From: Octopus sinensis
Taxonomy: Eukaryota
Assembly: GCF_006345805.1 (NCBI RefSeq)
Contig: NC_043006.1
Span: forward strand, 36,084,001-36,148,000
Direction of reading: 5' to 3'
Length of the DNA: 64,000 bases
Each line of letters opens with the position of its first letter. The first letter of the stretch is position 1. Under the pieces are notes generated by a model that was not told where the DNA came from, did no database searches, and was given only the letters and a program-made list of their open reading frames with translations. This document shows positions 26,239 to 38,510 of the stretch, piece after piece. The translations under genes were made by a program, and so were the position numbers.

Positions 26239-26379
26239 TACGTACATACATGCATGTATAGGTTGCAAGATGCAACGAAAATTTTAGAAAATAAAAAATA
26301 AGAAATAAGTGGAAATTTTACCGGTGGGTGTGTTAAATAATAAGGCACTAAAAGAGAATGACTCTCCCCAGACACAACA

Positions 26380-26440
<61 letters not shown>

Positions 26441-26441
<1 letters not shown>

Positions 26442-27395
26442 CATAAGGGACGTTAGCCATCTGAATGTGGCTAGGGACAGGGCAGGGCGGTGTTACTGAT
26501 GAATTTAGCCCCAGACGATCATCAACGTCACCAGGAGGGCTGACGCCATCACGGCGTCCTCTAGCCTGCAAAGGGAGATCATTCCCCGAAGAAGCGGATG
26601 TCACATACGGACCTAGGTTTCAAGGTGTTTGCCTATTATCAACGTATAGCAGGCACCGCCCCTCGACGAACGATTCTATGTGCAGGCTATATATAAAGAT
26701 ATTCACAGTAAATACATTTACTGATGTAGAAAATCTGTTCGACAGCAATAATAATTCTCTAAACGAGATATAGACAGTAACTGCTCCATAACATAAGGAA
26801 CGTTAGCCATCTGAATGTGGCTAGGGACAGGGCAGGGCGGTGGGGGTGTTACTGATGCATTTAGCCCCAGGCGATCATCAACGTCACCAGGAGGGCTGAC
26901 GCCATCACGGCGTCCTCTAGCCTGCAAAGGGAGATCATTCCCCAAGAAGCGGATGCCACATACGGACCTAGGTTTCAAGGTGTTTGCCTATTATCAACGT
27001 ATGGCAGGCACCGCCGTTGATAATAGGCAAACACCTTGAAACCTAGGTCCGTATGTGGCATCAGTAAATGTATTTACTGTGAAAATCTTTATATATAGCC
27101 TGCACAGAGAATCGTTCGTCGAGGGGCGGTGCCTGCCATACGTTGATAATAGGCAAACACCTTGAAACCTAGGTCCGTATGTGGCATCCGCTTCTTCGGG
27201 GAATGATCTCCCTTTGTAGGCTAGAGGACGCCGTGATGGCGTCAGCCCTCCTGGTGACGTTGATGATCGCCTGGGGCTAAATGCATCATTAACACCCCCA
27301 CCGCTCTGCCCTGTCCCTAGCCACATTCAGATGGCGAACGTCCCTTATGTTATGGAGCAGTTACTGTCTATATCTCGTTTAGAGAATTATTATTG

Positions 27396-27396
<1 letters not shown>
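26441..27396. repeat. 350 bp structured unit in direct tandem plus inverted copies
   Basis: Unit 26441-26790, partial direct copy 26791-27015, short inverted piece 27016-27062, long inverted copy to about 27396. (TA)n on both sides. Confidence 0.9.
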
Positions 27397-27444
<48 letters not shown>

Positions 27445-27445
27445 A

Positions 27446-27480
<35 letters not shown>

Positions 27481-27637
27481 ACGAGTTTCTTTCGGTTTCA
27501 GTCTACTTCATCCAGTAACAAGGATTTGGTTGGCCCAAGGCTATTGTAAAATTACTTGCAGTTGGACAGAATCTGAAACCATGTGGCTGAGAAACAAGTT
27601 TCTTACCACAACTATAAGCCACGCCTGCACCCATAAT

Positions 27638-27670
<33 letters not shown>

Positions 27671-27674
27671 TCAT

Positions 27675-29565
27675 CTACGCCACACTTGTGGATGTCGACT
27701 CCAACCCATGAGCAAATCTTTTCCCCATGTTGTGCGAGATGACATTACACGTGTCAAATCTGAGACAGTACACAGTCTTGTGTCCCTCATACGTGCACAG
27801 GACAGGCTTTAACGTCCCCACGGGGTCCATAGGACAATGACAGGCTGGCCTGTTTGATGAAACAAATGGCCTGCGAACTTTATCCGTCTTTGGCTGTCTG
27901 GCTGATGGACAGTAAAGATTCATCTAGTGGCTTGCTTAATACATGGCTACAGCAAGAGATGTTAAAGGCCTTGCACAGAAGTCGAGTGTATGTGCCGTCT
28001 AGTGATCGCTTTTCGGCCGCCGTAGGAGGCCAGTATTTACAGTCTTAGAGCAGAATATATACGACTGTAGCACGAAACAGGGCAGTTTTAGGCCTCATAA
28101 CAATTGTGGTGTTTCCCAAAATTTCCATAACTTGTCGAATGCTGACCATACTATCGTTTTACGAAGGTTAACAACTGTCCTGGTAGAGCAACCCACGAGA
28201 GCTGAAGTAGTAGAAATCGCTAACTGACTCAATTGGCCCCCATGAAAGTGTAAGATCACCCACACCAGCATTTTCAACTCGCAAGATATGCTAGCAGTCT
28301 GGAAATTCCACTTTGAAAAGCGGTTCAATAGCAATAAATATCTCACAGAAAACTTAATTGTGATGCCAATCCCACCGCTGCTCACCAATATTCCAAATGG
28401 TAAGATTACCCCCAGAGAAGCATTAACTGTCCCTAAACAGCTTAAGACTGGAAAATCGTGTGGCGTGGACGGTGTGCTTCCAGGTTGACTTCTTTTTACT
28501 TCTTCCTGTTCTAAATTCTACTTACATCCCCACTCAAGCTCCATCGAAATTCAAGCTGAACCGCATCATTCCCCTTCCGGAGAAGAGAGATCTATCAGAA
28601 TATGGCTCGTATCATGGCATCATCCTGATGTCATGCTCAGCAAAACTCTTCAACTGTATCATGTTCATTACATCCGAAACCCTATCGAAACACTACTCAG
28701 ATCAAAACCAAAACAACTTTCGCAAAGGCCTCTCCACTCTCGAACCTATTTTAACTCTTCGCCGTTTCATTGAAACCATCTCAGCAAAGAAACGTAAGTC
28801 TGTGTGCGCCTACTCTGGGAATTTCCTCAGAGCTCTTTTTCTTTGTCCACCGTAAGCGAATGTTTCAGATTCCCTCTGCTAATAGCAAGCCAAACGAAGT
28901 TGTAAATGCTATCCTCTCTATCTATGCAAACTACAAATGTCTCGTATGCACCCCTGACGGAGGCACCGTCACATTCGCAGGAGTACTCCAAGAGGAGGTG
29001 CAATGGCCCAGTGGTTAGGGCAGCGGACTCGCGGTCGTAGGATCGCGGTTTCGATTCCCAGACCGGACGTTGTGAGTGTTTATTGAGCGAAAACACCTAA
29101 AGCTCCACGAGGCTCCGGCAGGGGATGGTGGTGATCCCTGCTGTACTCTTTCACCACAACTTTCTCTCACTCTTACTTCCTGTTTCTGTTGTACCTGTAT
29201 TTCAAAGGGCCGGCCTTGTCACTCTCTGTGTCACGCTGAATATCCCCGAGGACTACGTTAAGGGTACACGTGTCTGTGGAGTGATCAGCCACTTACACGT
29301 TAATTTCACGTAACCGACAGAGTGCTTCCACTCCAAGAGGACACCTTAACGCCTTTCCTTTTCACTATAATCTTGGGTCATGTATTGCGGCATGCTACAT
29401 TATTTGAACAAGGCATAACTCTCTGTTCCCGGCAAGGTTCATGTCGTCCAGTATCCTACCTTACTGGTTTCGACTTCGCGGATATCATCGCCCTCGTCTC
29501 ACATTCAATCACAAATGCTCAAACACTCCTCATACTTCTGGCGTCTAGTGTAGATATCCTCGTTC
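27675..29565. mobile_element. RTE-like non-LTR retrotransposon relic with internal inversion
   Basis: The plus strand 28280-29565 has RT motifs (KSCGVDG, IIPLPEKRDL, FRKGLST, GVLQEDTL, FADIIAL). The minus strand 28270-27675 has the downstream part (ESVSDFYY, WSAFDKLWKFW, LDGTYTRLL). Confidence 0.8.
28997..29330 (+). mobile_element. tRNA-derived SINE, family 3, inserted into the RTE relic
   Basis: A box TGGCCCAGTGG and B box GTTTCGATTCCC. Direct repeat ACTCCAAGAGGA at 28985-28996 and 29330-29341. Confidence 0.9.
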
Positions 29566-29704
29566 AATCTACACTAAAAATAGGCGCATTTGTATAGGTG
29601 CGGCTCACAAACATTCACATAATGCATGGATATATTTCATTGCTAGCATATACGCGTGAGTGGGCAGTTATTGCATAATTATTTCCTCTATGTGTTTGTC
29701 TGTA

Positions 29705-30205
<501 letters not shown>

Positions 30206-30655
30206 ATATATGTATGTGTGCGTGTGTATGCATGTACGTACGTTACGTACGTATGTATGTATGTATGTATGTATGTATGAATGTATGCAATGTAAAAGCA
30301 TTTCATGAATCGGATAAAGAATACTCAATACAGATGTAGAATAAAGTTCATATTTTGACAGTCTGTGTATATAATTTATAAAACGGTGTCATTGAACTTC
30401 ATGACACCGTTATATACTCGTGCATCCATGGACGGTACAATATCATTCTTCACATATTTCCACAAGAAACATCGATACACATCCATGGAAAGGATATATG
30501 GAATAGATATGTTAATGTATGTTAATGTATGCGGTGTGTACGTTGGTTAATTTTCCAAGCGTTATCCAGTCTGAGCTTTTTATATGCATGCATATCAATA
30601 AATGCAAAGGAACGCATTAAACAACTGATATATCTTCGAATAGCTAAATACTTAC

Positions 30656-30802
30656 CAATCCCTGTTTAAAAGACAGTGCAACTATTTTCAAGCAGAGCAC
30701 ACTGCTTAGTAAAGGGATTAGGATAATCGGATGAAGTTTGGGACCGACTATCATAAGAAAAAATATTAATGCGGTGCTTTCCATTATAGAGCAGACGATA
30801 CC
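30656..30802 (-). CDS. chs: Chitin synthase copy B, N-terminal TM exon (not in the ORF track)
   Basis: ctattttcag|GGT acceptor, TTG|gtaagta donor. 147 bp, phase 0 at both ends. Reads GIVCSIMESTALIFFLMIVGPKLHPIILIPLLSSVLCLKIVALSFKQGL, resembling the CHS domain A ES...LP.LD helix pair. Splices in frame to the 25708 exon. Confidence 0.8.
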
Positions 30803-31109
30803 CTGAAAATAGATAAAATGGAAATAGCATGGATCAAACCGGTGGAAGAAGAGGTAAAAAATCAGAGAGACAAAACAGGCAGACAGGGAGAAAGCGAGAC
30901 AGAGAGAGAGAAGGAGAGCGAGAAAAAGAGAGTGAGATTTCTAGTTTTATAGGTTTTGAACTGATTGATCTGTTACGTTAACGTTGCCAATAATGTCTTT
31001 GCAATAATAATAATGATGATGATGATGATGATAATGATGATTTCAATTTTTGGCACAAGGCCAGGAATTTCGTGCGAGGGGGTAAGTGGATTACATTGAC
31101 CGATCCAGC

Positions 31110-32000
31110 CTGAAAAGATAAAATACAAAGTCGAGATAACCCCACAAGTGAACAACGCCCGGATACTGAACGACCGCAAGAAGAACAATTTCGTCACTCT
31201 GAGCGCACCTCGGACAAACTCATCTGGCAGCACATCCGTACTTGTAGAGCTCATCTCGAACCGGTAGTGCCCCCTGTATCACTTACCAGTGGTAGTTCCC
31301 GACCGGAAAGTCCTCTGAAACAGACTAGCCAAGAGGATGCACTGAGGCATTGATATTCAGCGCTCAAGAACAAGCTCTGAGACCTAATTACTCCAATTTC
31401 CGAATAGATAAGAGCAGCGAATCACTCCTTTGTAGGATGTGTGGCAGCAAGAACAAAACAATCTCACATATTGTGAGTGAGTGTAGCAAGCTGGCCCAAA
31501 AGCACTACAAAAGGGGGCACGATAACGTGGCTAAGTTTGTTCACTTGAGACTACGTGAAAAGTATGGCCTGGACAGAGCACAGAAATGGAAAGAACACGA
31601 ACCAGAAGGAGTCACCGAGAACAAAGAATATAAAATACTCTGGGATTTTACAATCCAACGTGACTCCCTAACCGATGCTCGAAGACTAGACATTGTTGTG
31701 ATAGATAAGGATAAAATTGGAATCAAGATTATAATATTACAATACCGGAGGATGCACGCATAAGTGACAAAGAACTAGAATAAATGGAAAAGTACAAACT
31801 TCTAAAAGTCGAAATTGCGAAAACGTGGATTATGAGGAGAGTGTCTGTCATCCCAGGAGCTGCAGGGGCACTCGGAGCACTAACAACCAAGTTCAAGAAA
31901 TATATCAGAGAAATCGTAACTGAGATAAGAATAGAGCAAGCCCCAGGACAGCACAATACAAATAGAGTGGAACTCAAGCATGTGTAAACAGAATAACAAT
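31110..32000 (+). mobile_element. R4/Dong-like (RLE-type) LINE 3' relic
   Basis: AQEQAL...CRMCGSKNKTISHIVSEC zinc knuckle, KILWDFTIQ, RRLDIVVID, and KYKLLKVEI...GALG of a restriction-like endonuclease domain. Multiple stops and frameshifts. Confidence 0.8.
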
Positions 32001-32836
32001 AAAATTGTAATAATTAAACCCCCAACAGAGGGAGACTTCAAAGGGACGCTCGTGGAAACCCTACAAAATCAACGATCACCCTGAACTCTAGCGAGCGAGT
32101 AGGGCATGAACTGCAATTTTACTAATTGTATTACTTACGTATGTAGTTTCGAACATACATACACTCTTTAGGTCCTCTTACTCTGCATTCAGAAGACATC
32201 CGGGATGCGATAATTGGGGGTAAAGGAGGATTGCACCAGCTCGCGACTTCTAGATTTTATGGGTGAATAGACAGGGACTAAACAAAACTAAACTGAACTA
32301 AAGCTACTTAGTTAAGGAACACAATACCACAGCCGATCTAGGAATCGACCTTATGATGTTGAGTCTAATACATGTACTACTAGGTCATGCTCCTTCACGT
32401 GAGATATAATGAGTTGAATATTTAGCGGTCTCACTGTGCGGCATCTTTTCAAGCTATTACTCAGTTTCACGTAACCGCTCGTCATAGATACATACATACA
32501 TACATACATACATGCATATGTGTGTGTGTATGTATGTATGTATGTATGTAAAATACATTTTTGTGCGTGACTTCGTGTTGTTGTTAGTCCTCACCGCTTG
32601 ACAACTAGTGTTGGTTTGTTTACCACCTGTAACTTAACGGTTCGGCAAAGGAGCCAAACCTCAAGAAATTAAGTCCTAAATACTGGGTTCGATTTTTTCG
32701 ACTAATACCCTTCTAGGCGATACCCCAGCATGGCCCCTGTCCAGTGACTTTAAAAAGTAAAGGGTAAAAGATGATGGTTACTAGTAAAATGACATGCAGT
32801 GTGACACTCGAAAACAATATTAAATTTGTGACATAC

Positions 32837-32963
32837 CGATACCAAAGATGGCAGCGACGGCCATTCGCTTAATTTGCCATGGAGGAGAAAAGACGTGCTC
32901 CATAAAAGTTTGACTATGGTAATAATTTCGGGTACAGCAAGCACTAATGTCATTGCAGCTATC
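32837..32963 (-). CDS. chs: Chitin synthase copy B, N-terminal TM exon
   Basis: tctcttcacag|G acceptor, TCG|gtatgt donor. Reads IAAMTLVLAVPEIITIVKLLWSTSFLLHGKLSEWPSLPSLVS, resembling the CHS AVPE motif helix. Phase 0 end matches the 30802 exon. Confidence 0.8.
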
Positions 32964-33562
32964 CTGTGAAGAGAAAAAGGAAAATTGTTCAAAACCTTCC
33001 ATCGAGGAAACGTTCTTTTTAAGATAAGACAAATGCGATCGTGATTCCACGATATTGATTACTCTAAAACTGTTTTCAGAGAAATTCGTTCGTTTTTGTT
33101 TGTTTTTTTTCTCTCGCCTTTGCACTCAGTCATTCTATGTCTGAAAAGAGGTAAACTTTATTCAAATTTCAAACATATAATTTCCAATGTAACTGAGTTT
33201 AACAAATTGGTTGCTAGATATCTTAAACCCTAACCCTTGTTACAGGGTCTCCAAGATTGTCTCCTTTACATGTAGGGACGTATTTGTTATTCTCAACAAT
33301 TTAGGCTCCAAATACGGAAAGTTACTGACCTCCACACGTTGTATATTATTACTCGAATTTATGGCAAGTGGCTTTAATTCTCATTGATTGTCTCGCTTTC
33401 ATATTTCTTTGCATCAGGAAACTCAGTGATCTTGGCTGAAGAATTCTCAAGGGATTCTTGCACATCACATTGTTGATGAGATTTATGTAGCAAGACCTGC
33501 ATAGAGAAACATGTGTGTGGGGGTGTTTGTGGGTGTATATATATATGTATGTGTGTGTGTGC

Positions 33563-33593
<31 letters not shown>

Positions 33594-33695
33594 TGTGTAG
33601 GTTACGATGAATATGGTACTTAAGTTGAGGCACCAGAATTTAGTACGGTATTATCCGTACAATTTCAAAATAAGGTGATTAAAAGCAAAAATAAG

Positions 33696-33996
33696 CAACA
33701 AGGATATCCAGAGGTAATGCAGTACGATCGTTTCATGCGACTCCATTTAATTGAACAACATCATAGTTGCAACTCTCATGTTGTTGATAAAACATGTTCT
33801 TTGTCTATCTCCTTATCCTCTTGGAGATTTTAGGTAAAATTATACTAATGTGTCCTTCTGATTTAATTAAATTCTGTCTTTGTGCAGCTGAAGATTGCTC
33901 TACATTTTAAACTGATGTAATGAAATGATTGCATTGTTCAATTAAATGGAGTCGCATGAAACGATCGTACTGCATTACCTCTGGATATCCTTGTTG
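33696..33996. repeat. Perfect 63 bp inverted repeat with 175 bp spacer
   Basis: Arms 33696-33758 and 33934-33996. The spacer plus right arm recurs, diverged, at about 62676-62893. Confidence 0.93.
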
Positions 33997-34022
33997 TTTG
34001 TTTTATATATATATATATATAT

Positions 34023-34062
<40 letters not shown>

Positions 34063-34211
34063 AAATAGAAAGATGAATTTTCTTCTTACAGATTATTCAA
34101 AAGTTTAACCGATACCTGGGTAGCAAAAATCACAGCAGAAAATACACGGTTGGAGATAAGACCATTTGGTGTTGCAACCGTGCGTTGGTGCGGATAATTG
34201 AAGTTTAATAT

Positions 34212-34292
34212 TATTATTGAATGGAAGAAATGGAGTTGAACGAAGAATTCTGTACAATCTTCGTTCAACTCCATTTCTTCCATTCAATAATA
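34212..34292. repeat. Perfect 35 bp hairpin, 11 nt loop
   Basis: Arms 34212-34246 and 34258-34292, followed directly by (TA)n. Confidence 0.95.
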
Positions 34293-34300
34293 TATATATA

Positions 34301-34373
<73 letters not shown>

Positions 34374-34387
34374 CCTATATATATATG

Positions 34388-34452
<65 letters not shown>

Positions 34453-34517
34453 GGGAGTAAATCCAAATTTACAAGGAAAAATTAGATTAAGGATTAAATC
34501 CAATTTTACAGTATAAA

Positions 34518-35023
34518 TATATATATATATTAAATTAGAGATAAAACCACTATTAGGTAAATCAAACAGTGAAAAACATAAACCAAAACATAGAAATAAA
34601 ATTAATTAATATAATATACAAAATATATAAAATACAAAATTTAAATTATTTAAATTTAAAGTTAACATTAAAAAATTTTTATGAATTATTAATTTATACT
34701 TATAAATTTTTATATATATATATATTTTTTTTATTATTTTTATTTTTATTTATATTTATTTTATTTTTATTTTTATTTTTTATTTTTATTTATTTTATTT
34801 TTTTTAATATATATAACTATCAAAAAGTATTAAAAAGTTTAATATAAGATAAAAAGTAAAAAACATTTTATCTTATATTAAACTTTTTAATACTTTTTGA
34901 TAGTTATATATATTTAAAAAATAAATAATAATAATAATATAATAATAATAATAAAATAATAATAATAATAAAATAATAATAATATAATAATAATAATAAA
35001 ATAATAATAAAAATTAAAATAAT

Positions 35024-35069
<46 letters not shown>

Positions 35070-35259
35070 TTATAAGTATAAATTAATAATTTATAAAAAA
35101 TTTAAATTTTAACTTTAAATTTAAATAATTTAAATTTTGTATTTTATATTTTATATATTTTGTATATTATATTAATTAATTTTATTTCTATATTTTGGTT
35201 TATGTTTTTCACTGTTTGATTTGCCTAATAGTGGTTTTATCTCAAATTTAATATATATA
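34518..35259. repeat. Large AT-rich quasi-palindrome
   Basis: Centre loop at 34855-34865. The arms mirror each other from AATTAGAGATAAAACCACTATTAGG to CCTAATAGTGGTTTTATCTCAAATT, with unequal internal microsatellites. Confidence 0.9.
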
Positions 35260-36243
35260 CATGATTCAACCTAAAATGGGATATAGTTAGAAGGGCGAAA
35301 CCTTATAGAAATAGTAGGGAAGGTTGCCAACTTTGTTCTATGGAAACTTATGAAATTTTAAAACATCAGAGTAATATAAATCTATTGAATAATCGTATAG
35401 ATTTGGGTAAATCTTGCATACATTCCATAACTAGAACGTTTAAATAATTAAAATTAAAATTATGAGTATTCCTATATTATAATATTAATAAGAAATATAC
35501 TATACTAGCCTTCAACTTAACTTTCATAGAGGACTAAAAAAACTTCACTGTAAACTTGAAATTGAATTTTTTCTAAATCTAATCTAGTTTTAAAATTAAT
35601 AAAGCTATCCCCCTATTATAAAATTCTGTCTTCTCATAATAATAATTGATAGTTTTTTTTGTTTTTTTCCCTACTCTTTGTAAAGGAGATAAATGACCTT
35701 TTGACACTGACCTAGTTTCTTCTCACCATATAGCAGTAATTGGCATTTTGTTAGTGGCAACTTGAATTCCTTTTATAGTATTCTGAAACCCCCCTTACCC
35801 TCACTCCTACAACTAGTTAAACACAACCACAGTTTTGGTCAGTTAGTGGCTGGACTTCACAACCTAATTTAATTCTACATCTTTATCTGTATATCTACCT
35901 TCTCTAAAATGTTACTACTTGATTTAAAAGCTTTTGCATTATTGGAAAACCTATATTTTTAGCTGAAGAGTACTCAACATCTTAATTCTGCTGTAATAAT
36001 TACAACTTTTAATAAAATGTTGTAGTGCAAAACAATTGTACCAAATTACCAGAATCATTCTTGTTGCTTACTTTTGATTATAATCACCCCGCAAATTTTT
36101 ATAGATAACACCATAAAAACTTCTGGTGCATCTAAATGAAGTACAAAATTCCTTTGAACCTAAATTGCTGCTGAACTTATATATATATATATATGTTTAT
36201 ATGCATATTTGTCTCTGTGTGTGTATGTGTGTGTGTGTGTGTA

Positions 36244-36277
<34 letters not shown>

Positions 36278-36299
36278 CGTGTGTGTGTATGTGTGTGTA

Positions 36300-36330
<31 letters not shown>

Positions 36331-37067
36331 AGGCTTAGCTAAAGTTTTGATCAGTTGACGGTGAGGTTATGTCTTGGATAGAGTTCAGAATTTATTTCAA
36401 GAATATGATCCATCAGAATCACAAAGAGAAAATCTACTAGGGTATATCCCTGAAAGGTGACTGTTGGACTCACTGTGTTTTGCATGGAACTTGAAGGATT
36501 TCCATATGTGATGGTAATGAATCTCTCAAAGTTCAAGAGTTTATGCAAAAGGCACCTTTTTATTGATGCTATTCAATGATCTGGCTATTTCTCAACAAAT
36601 ACAATTATGCCTTTTGCCTAGAGATTCTGAGCCCTTCTAAGAACCTTTTAAAGTTAAATATATACATCACTGTTGAGAAACCCTCTTGTAGTACAGAAAC
36701 GATAAGATGAAGAAGGTTATTAAAGAATTATCTATCTTTGAAGCTGAAGACGACAGAGAATGTAGTTCTGAGGCTGGCGAAGATCATTTTCGGAAATCAA
36801 ATAATTGAAGACTTTGAAAGGGCTGTTGGTTTGTTTCCTTCCTAGAACACTTGGCATATATATCGTATATCATATACCGATAACATTGCAAAGCTGCAGA
36901 AAGGAAGTCAGTTTTATTGCTATAACATTCATCCATAAAAAGGTGAACCCTTTTTTTTCTTTTTATTAAATGAATAGTTATAAATTTCATTCTTTGTCTA
37001 GATCTGATATTTTCTCGTGTAAGCATATAATCGAGATCAAATATATATATATATATATATATATAAG

Positions 37068-37398
37068 ACCTCTTCAAAATGTGGAGGGGGCGAAATACCT
37101 TGCTGGGAAGGTAAACAATAGGTGATTATCTCCCTTCGTCATTCGCTTTCGAGTTCTGGCCGCGCCACCATCTTGTGGTCACCAAACACTTCGAAGATAA
37201 ACGATTGTCTCCCTTCGATCTTGGTATCGGCTTCCAGCTGTGCCATGCAAACATGGTCCGAAAATCTCGCGCATAACTTGCAACGTTTCGTCTCGTTGAT
37301 ATAGGGGCCGGAACTCGATAGCTAAATAGCAAAGAAAAATAATTACCTATCCTTTACCTTCCCAGCGAGGCATATCCCCCTCCATATTCTGAAGAGGT
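37068..37398. repeat. MITE-like element with ~100 bp diverged terminal inverted repeats
   Basis: ACCTCTTCAAAATGTGGAGGGGG...GCTGGGAAGGTAAA aligns imperfectly to the reverse complement of ...TTTACCTTCCCAGC...CCCCCTCCATATTCTGAAGAGGT. Confidence 0.6.
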
Positions 37399-37508
37399 AA
37401 TAGTCCAACAGGTTTGTGGTCTGAAGATGCGCCCTAAAGCCAAACCCTTTATGGGCAGGAAACCCAGGGTAATCCTATAATCAGGCCTCACCCATTATGA
37501 TATATGTA

Positions 37509-37562
<54 letters not shown>

Positions 37563-37652
37563 ATATATATAATGGAGGATAAAAATTTTTCTAAAAAAAA
37601 ATTTATCAATGGCCAGCATATTAAAAAATACCTTTAAAGGTTAAATTATAAC

Positions 37653-37995
37653 CAACTTATAAATAAGGGCAAACGAAAAAATTTCTAATGCCAAATATGC
37701 CAAAAATTGGACATATTGTCCATTACCATAAAAGTTTTCTCAGTACGCACGCTACTCGAAAAAAGGTCAACAGAAATCTCTAAAAAATTCCATTATTACC
37801 ATATCGGACCGATTTCTTTTTGAACTAACCCTGAAATCGGTCCGATATGGTAATAATGGAATTTTTTAGAGATTTCTGTCGACCTTTTTTCGAGTAGCGT
37901 GCGTACTGGGAAAAATTATATGGTAAATGGACAATATGTCCAATTTTTGGCATATTTGTCATTAGAAGTTTTTTCGTTTGCCCTTATTTATAAGT

Positions 37996-37997
<2 letters not shown>
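37653..37997. repeat. ~165 bp fold-back inverted repeat, 16 nt loop
   Basis: Arms 37653-37816 and 37833-37997 with a few mismatches and indels. (TG)n(TA)n follows the right arm. Confidence 0.93.
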
Positions 37998-38034
<37 letters not shown>

Positions 38035-38089
38035 TTTTGGGATTTGGTTTGCAAGATTCTTTATATGAGTTCGTGTGTTGAAGCATATT

Positions 38090-38470
38090 CTGTTGTGTCT
38101 GGGGAGAGTCATTCCCTTTTAGTGCCTTATTATTTAACTCACTCACCGGTAAAATTTCCACTTATTTCTTATTTTTTATTTTCTAAAATTTTCGTTGCGT
38201 CTTGCAACCTTTTCAATAGTCTTGACTCTGTCCGTTATTTACACTGCGTTCCCTTTTGTTTGTTTGTGCGCATGAGTGTGGGTCAGTGGGTCAGTATGTG
38301 TGTGTGCCTATACATGCATGTATGTACGTATGTATGTGTGTGTGTATGTGTGTGTGTGTTTGCATGTGTATGTATATATGTGTGTGTATGCATATGTATG
38401 TATGTATGTGTGTGCATCTGTTTGTACGTATCCTGCATATTTATGTGCTTGCCTGTCCGTGTTTGTGTAT

Positions 38471-38510
<40 letters not shown>

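Noticed and set aside
26441-27396. Possible CRISPR-like or protein-coding repeat (ORFs MWLGTGQG...)
   Set aside because: Eukaryotic context, no repeat-spacer periodicity, and the ORFs are short and shift frame between copies.
28997-29075. tRNA-like sequence (also at 29913 and 49174)
   Set aside because: These are heads of SINEs with attached bodies and target duplications, and lack a complete cloverleaf. Not called as tRNA genes.
34569-34847. 92-aa ORF in the AT-rich palindrome, superficially mitochondrial-like
   Set aside because: Low-complexity AT sequence with no mitochondrial gene or tRNA features. Not called a NUMT.
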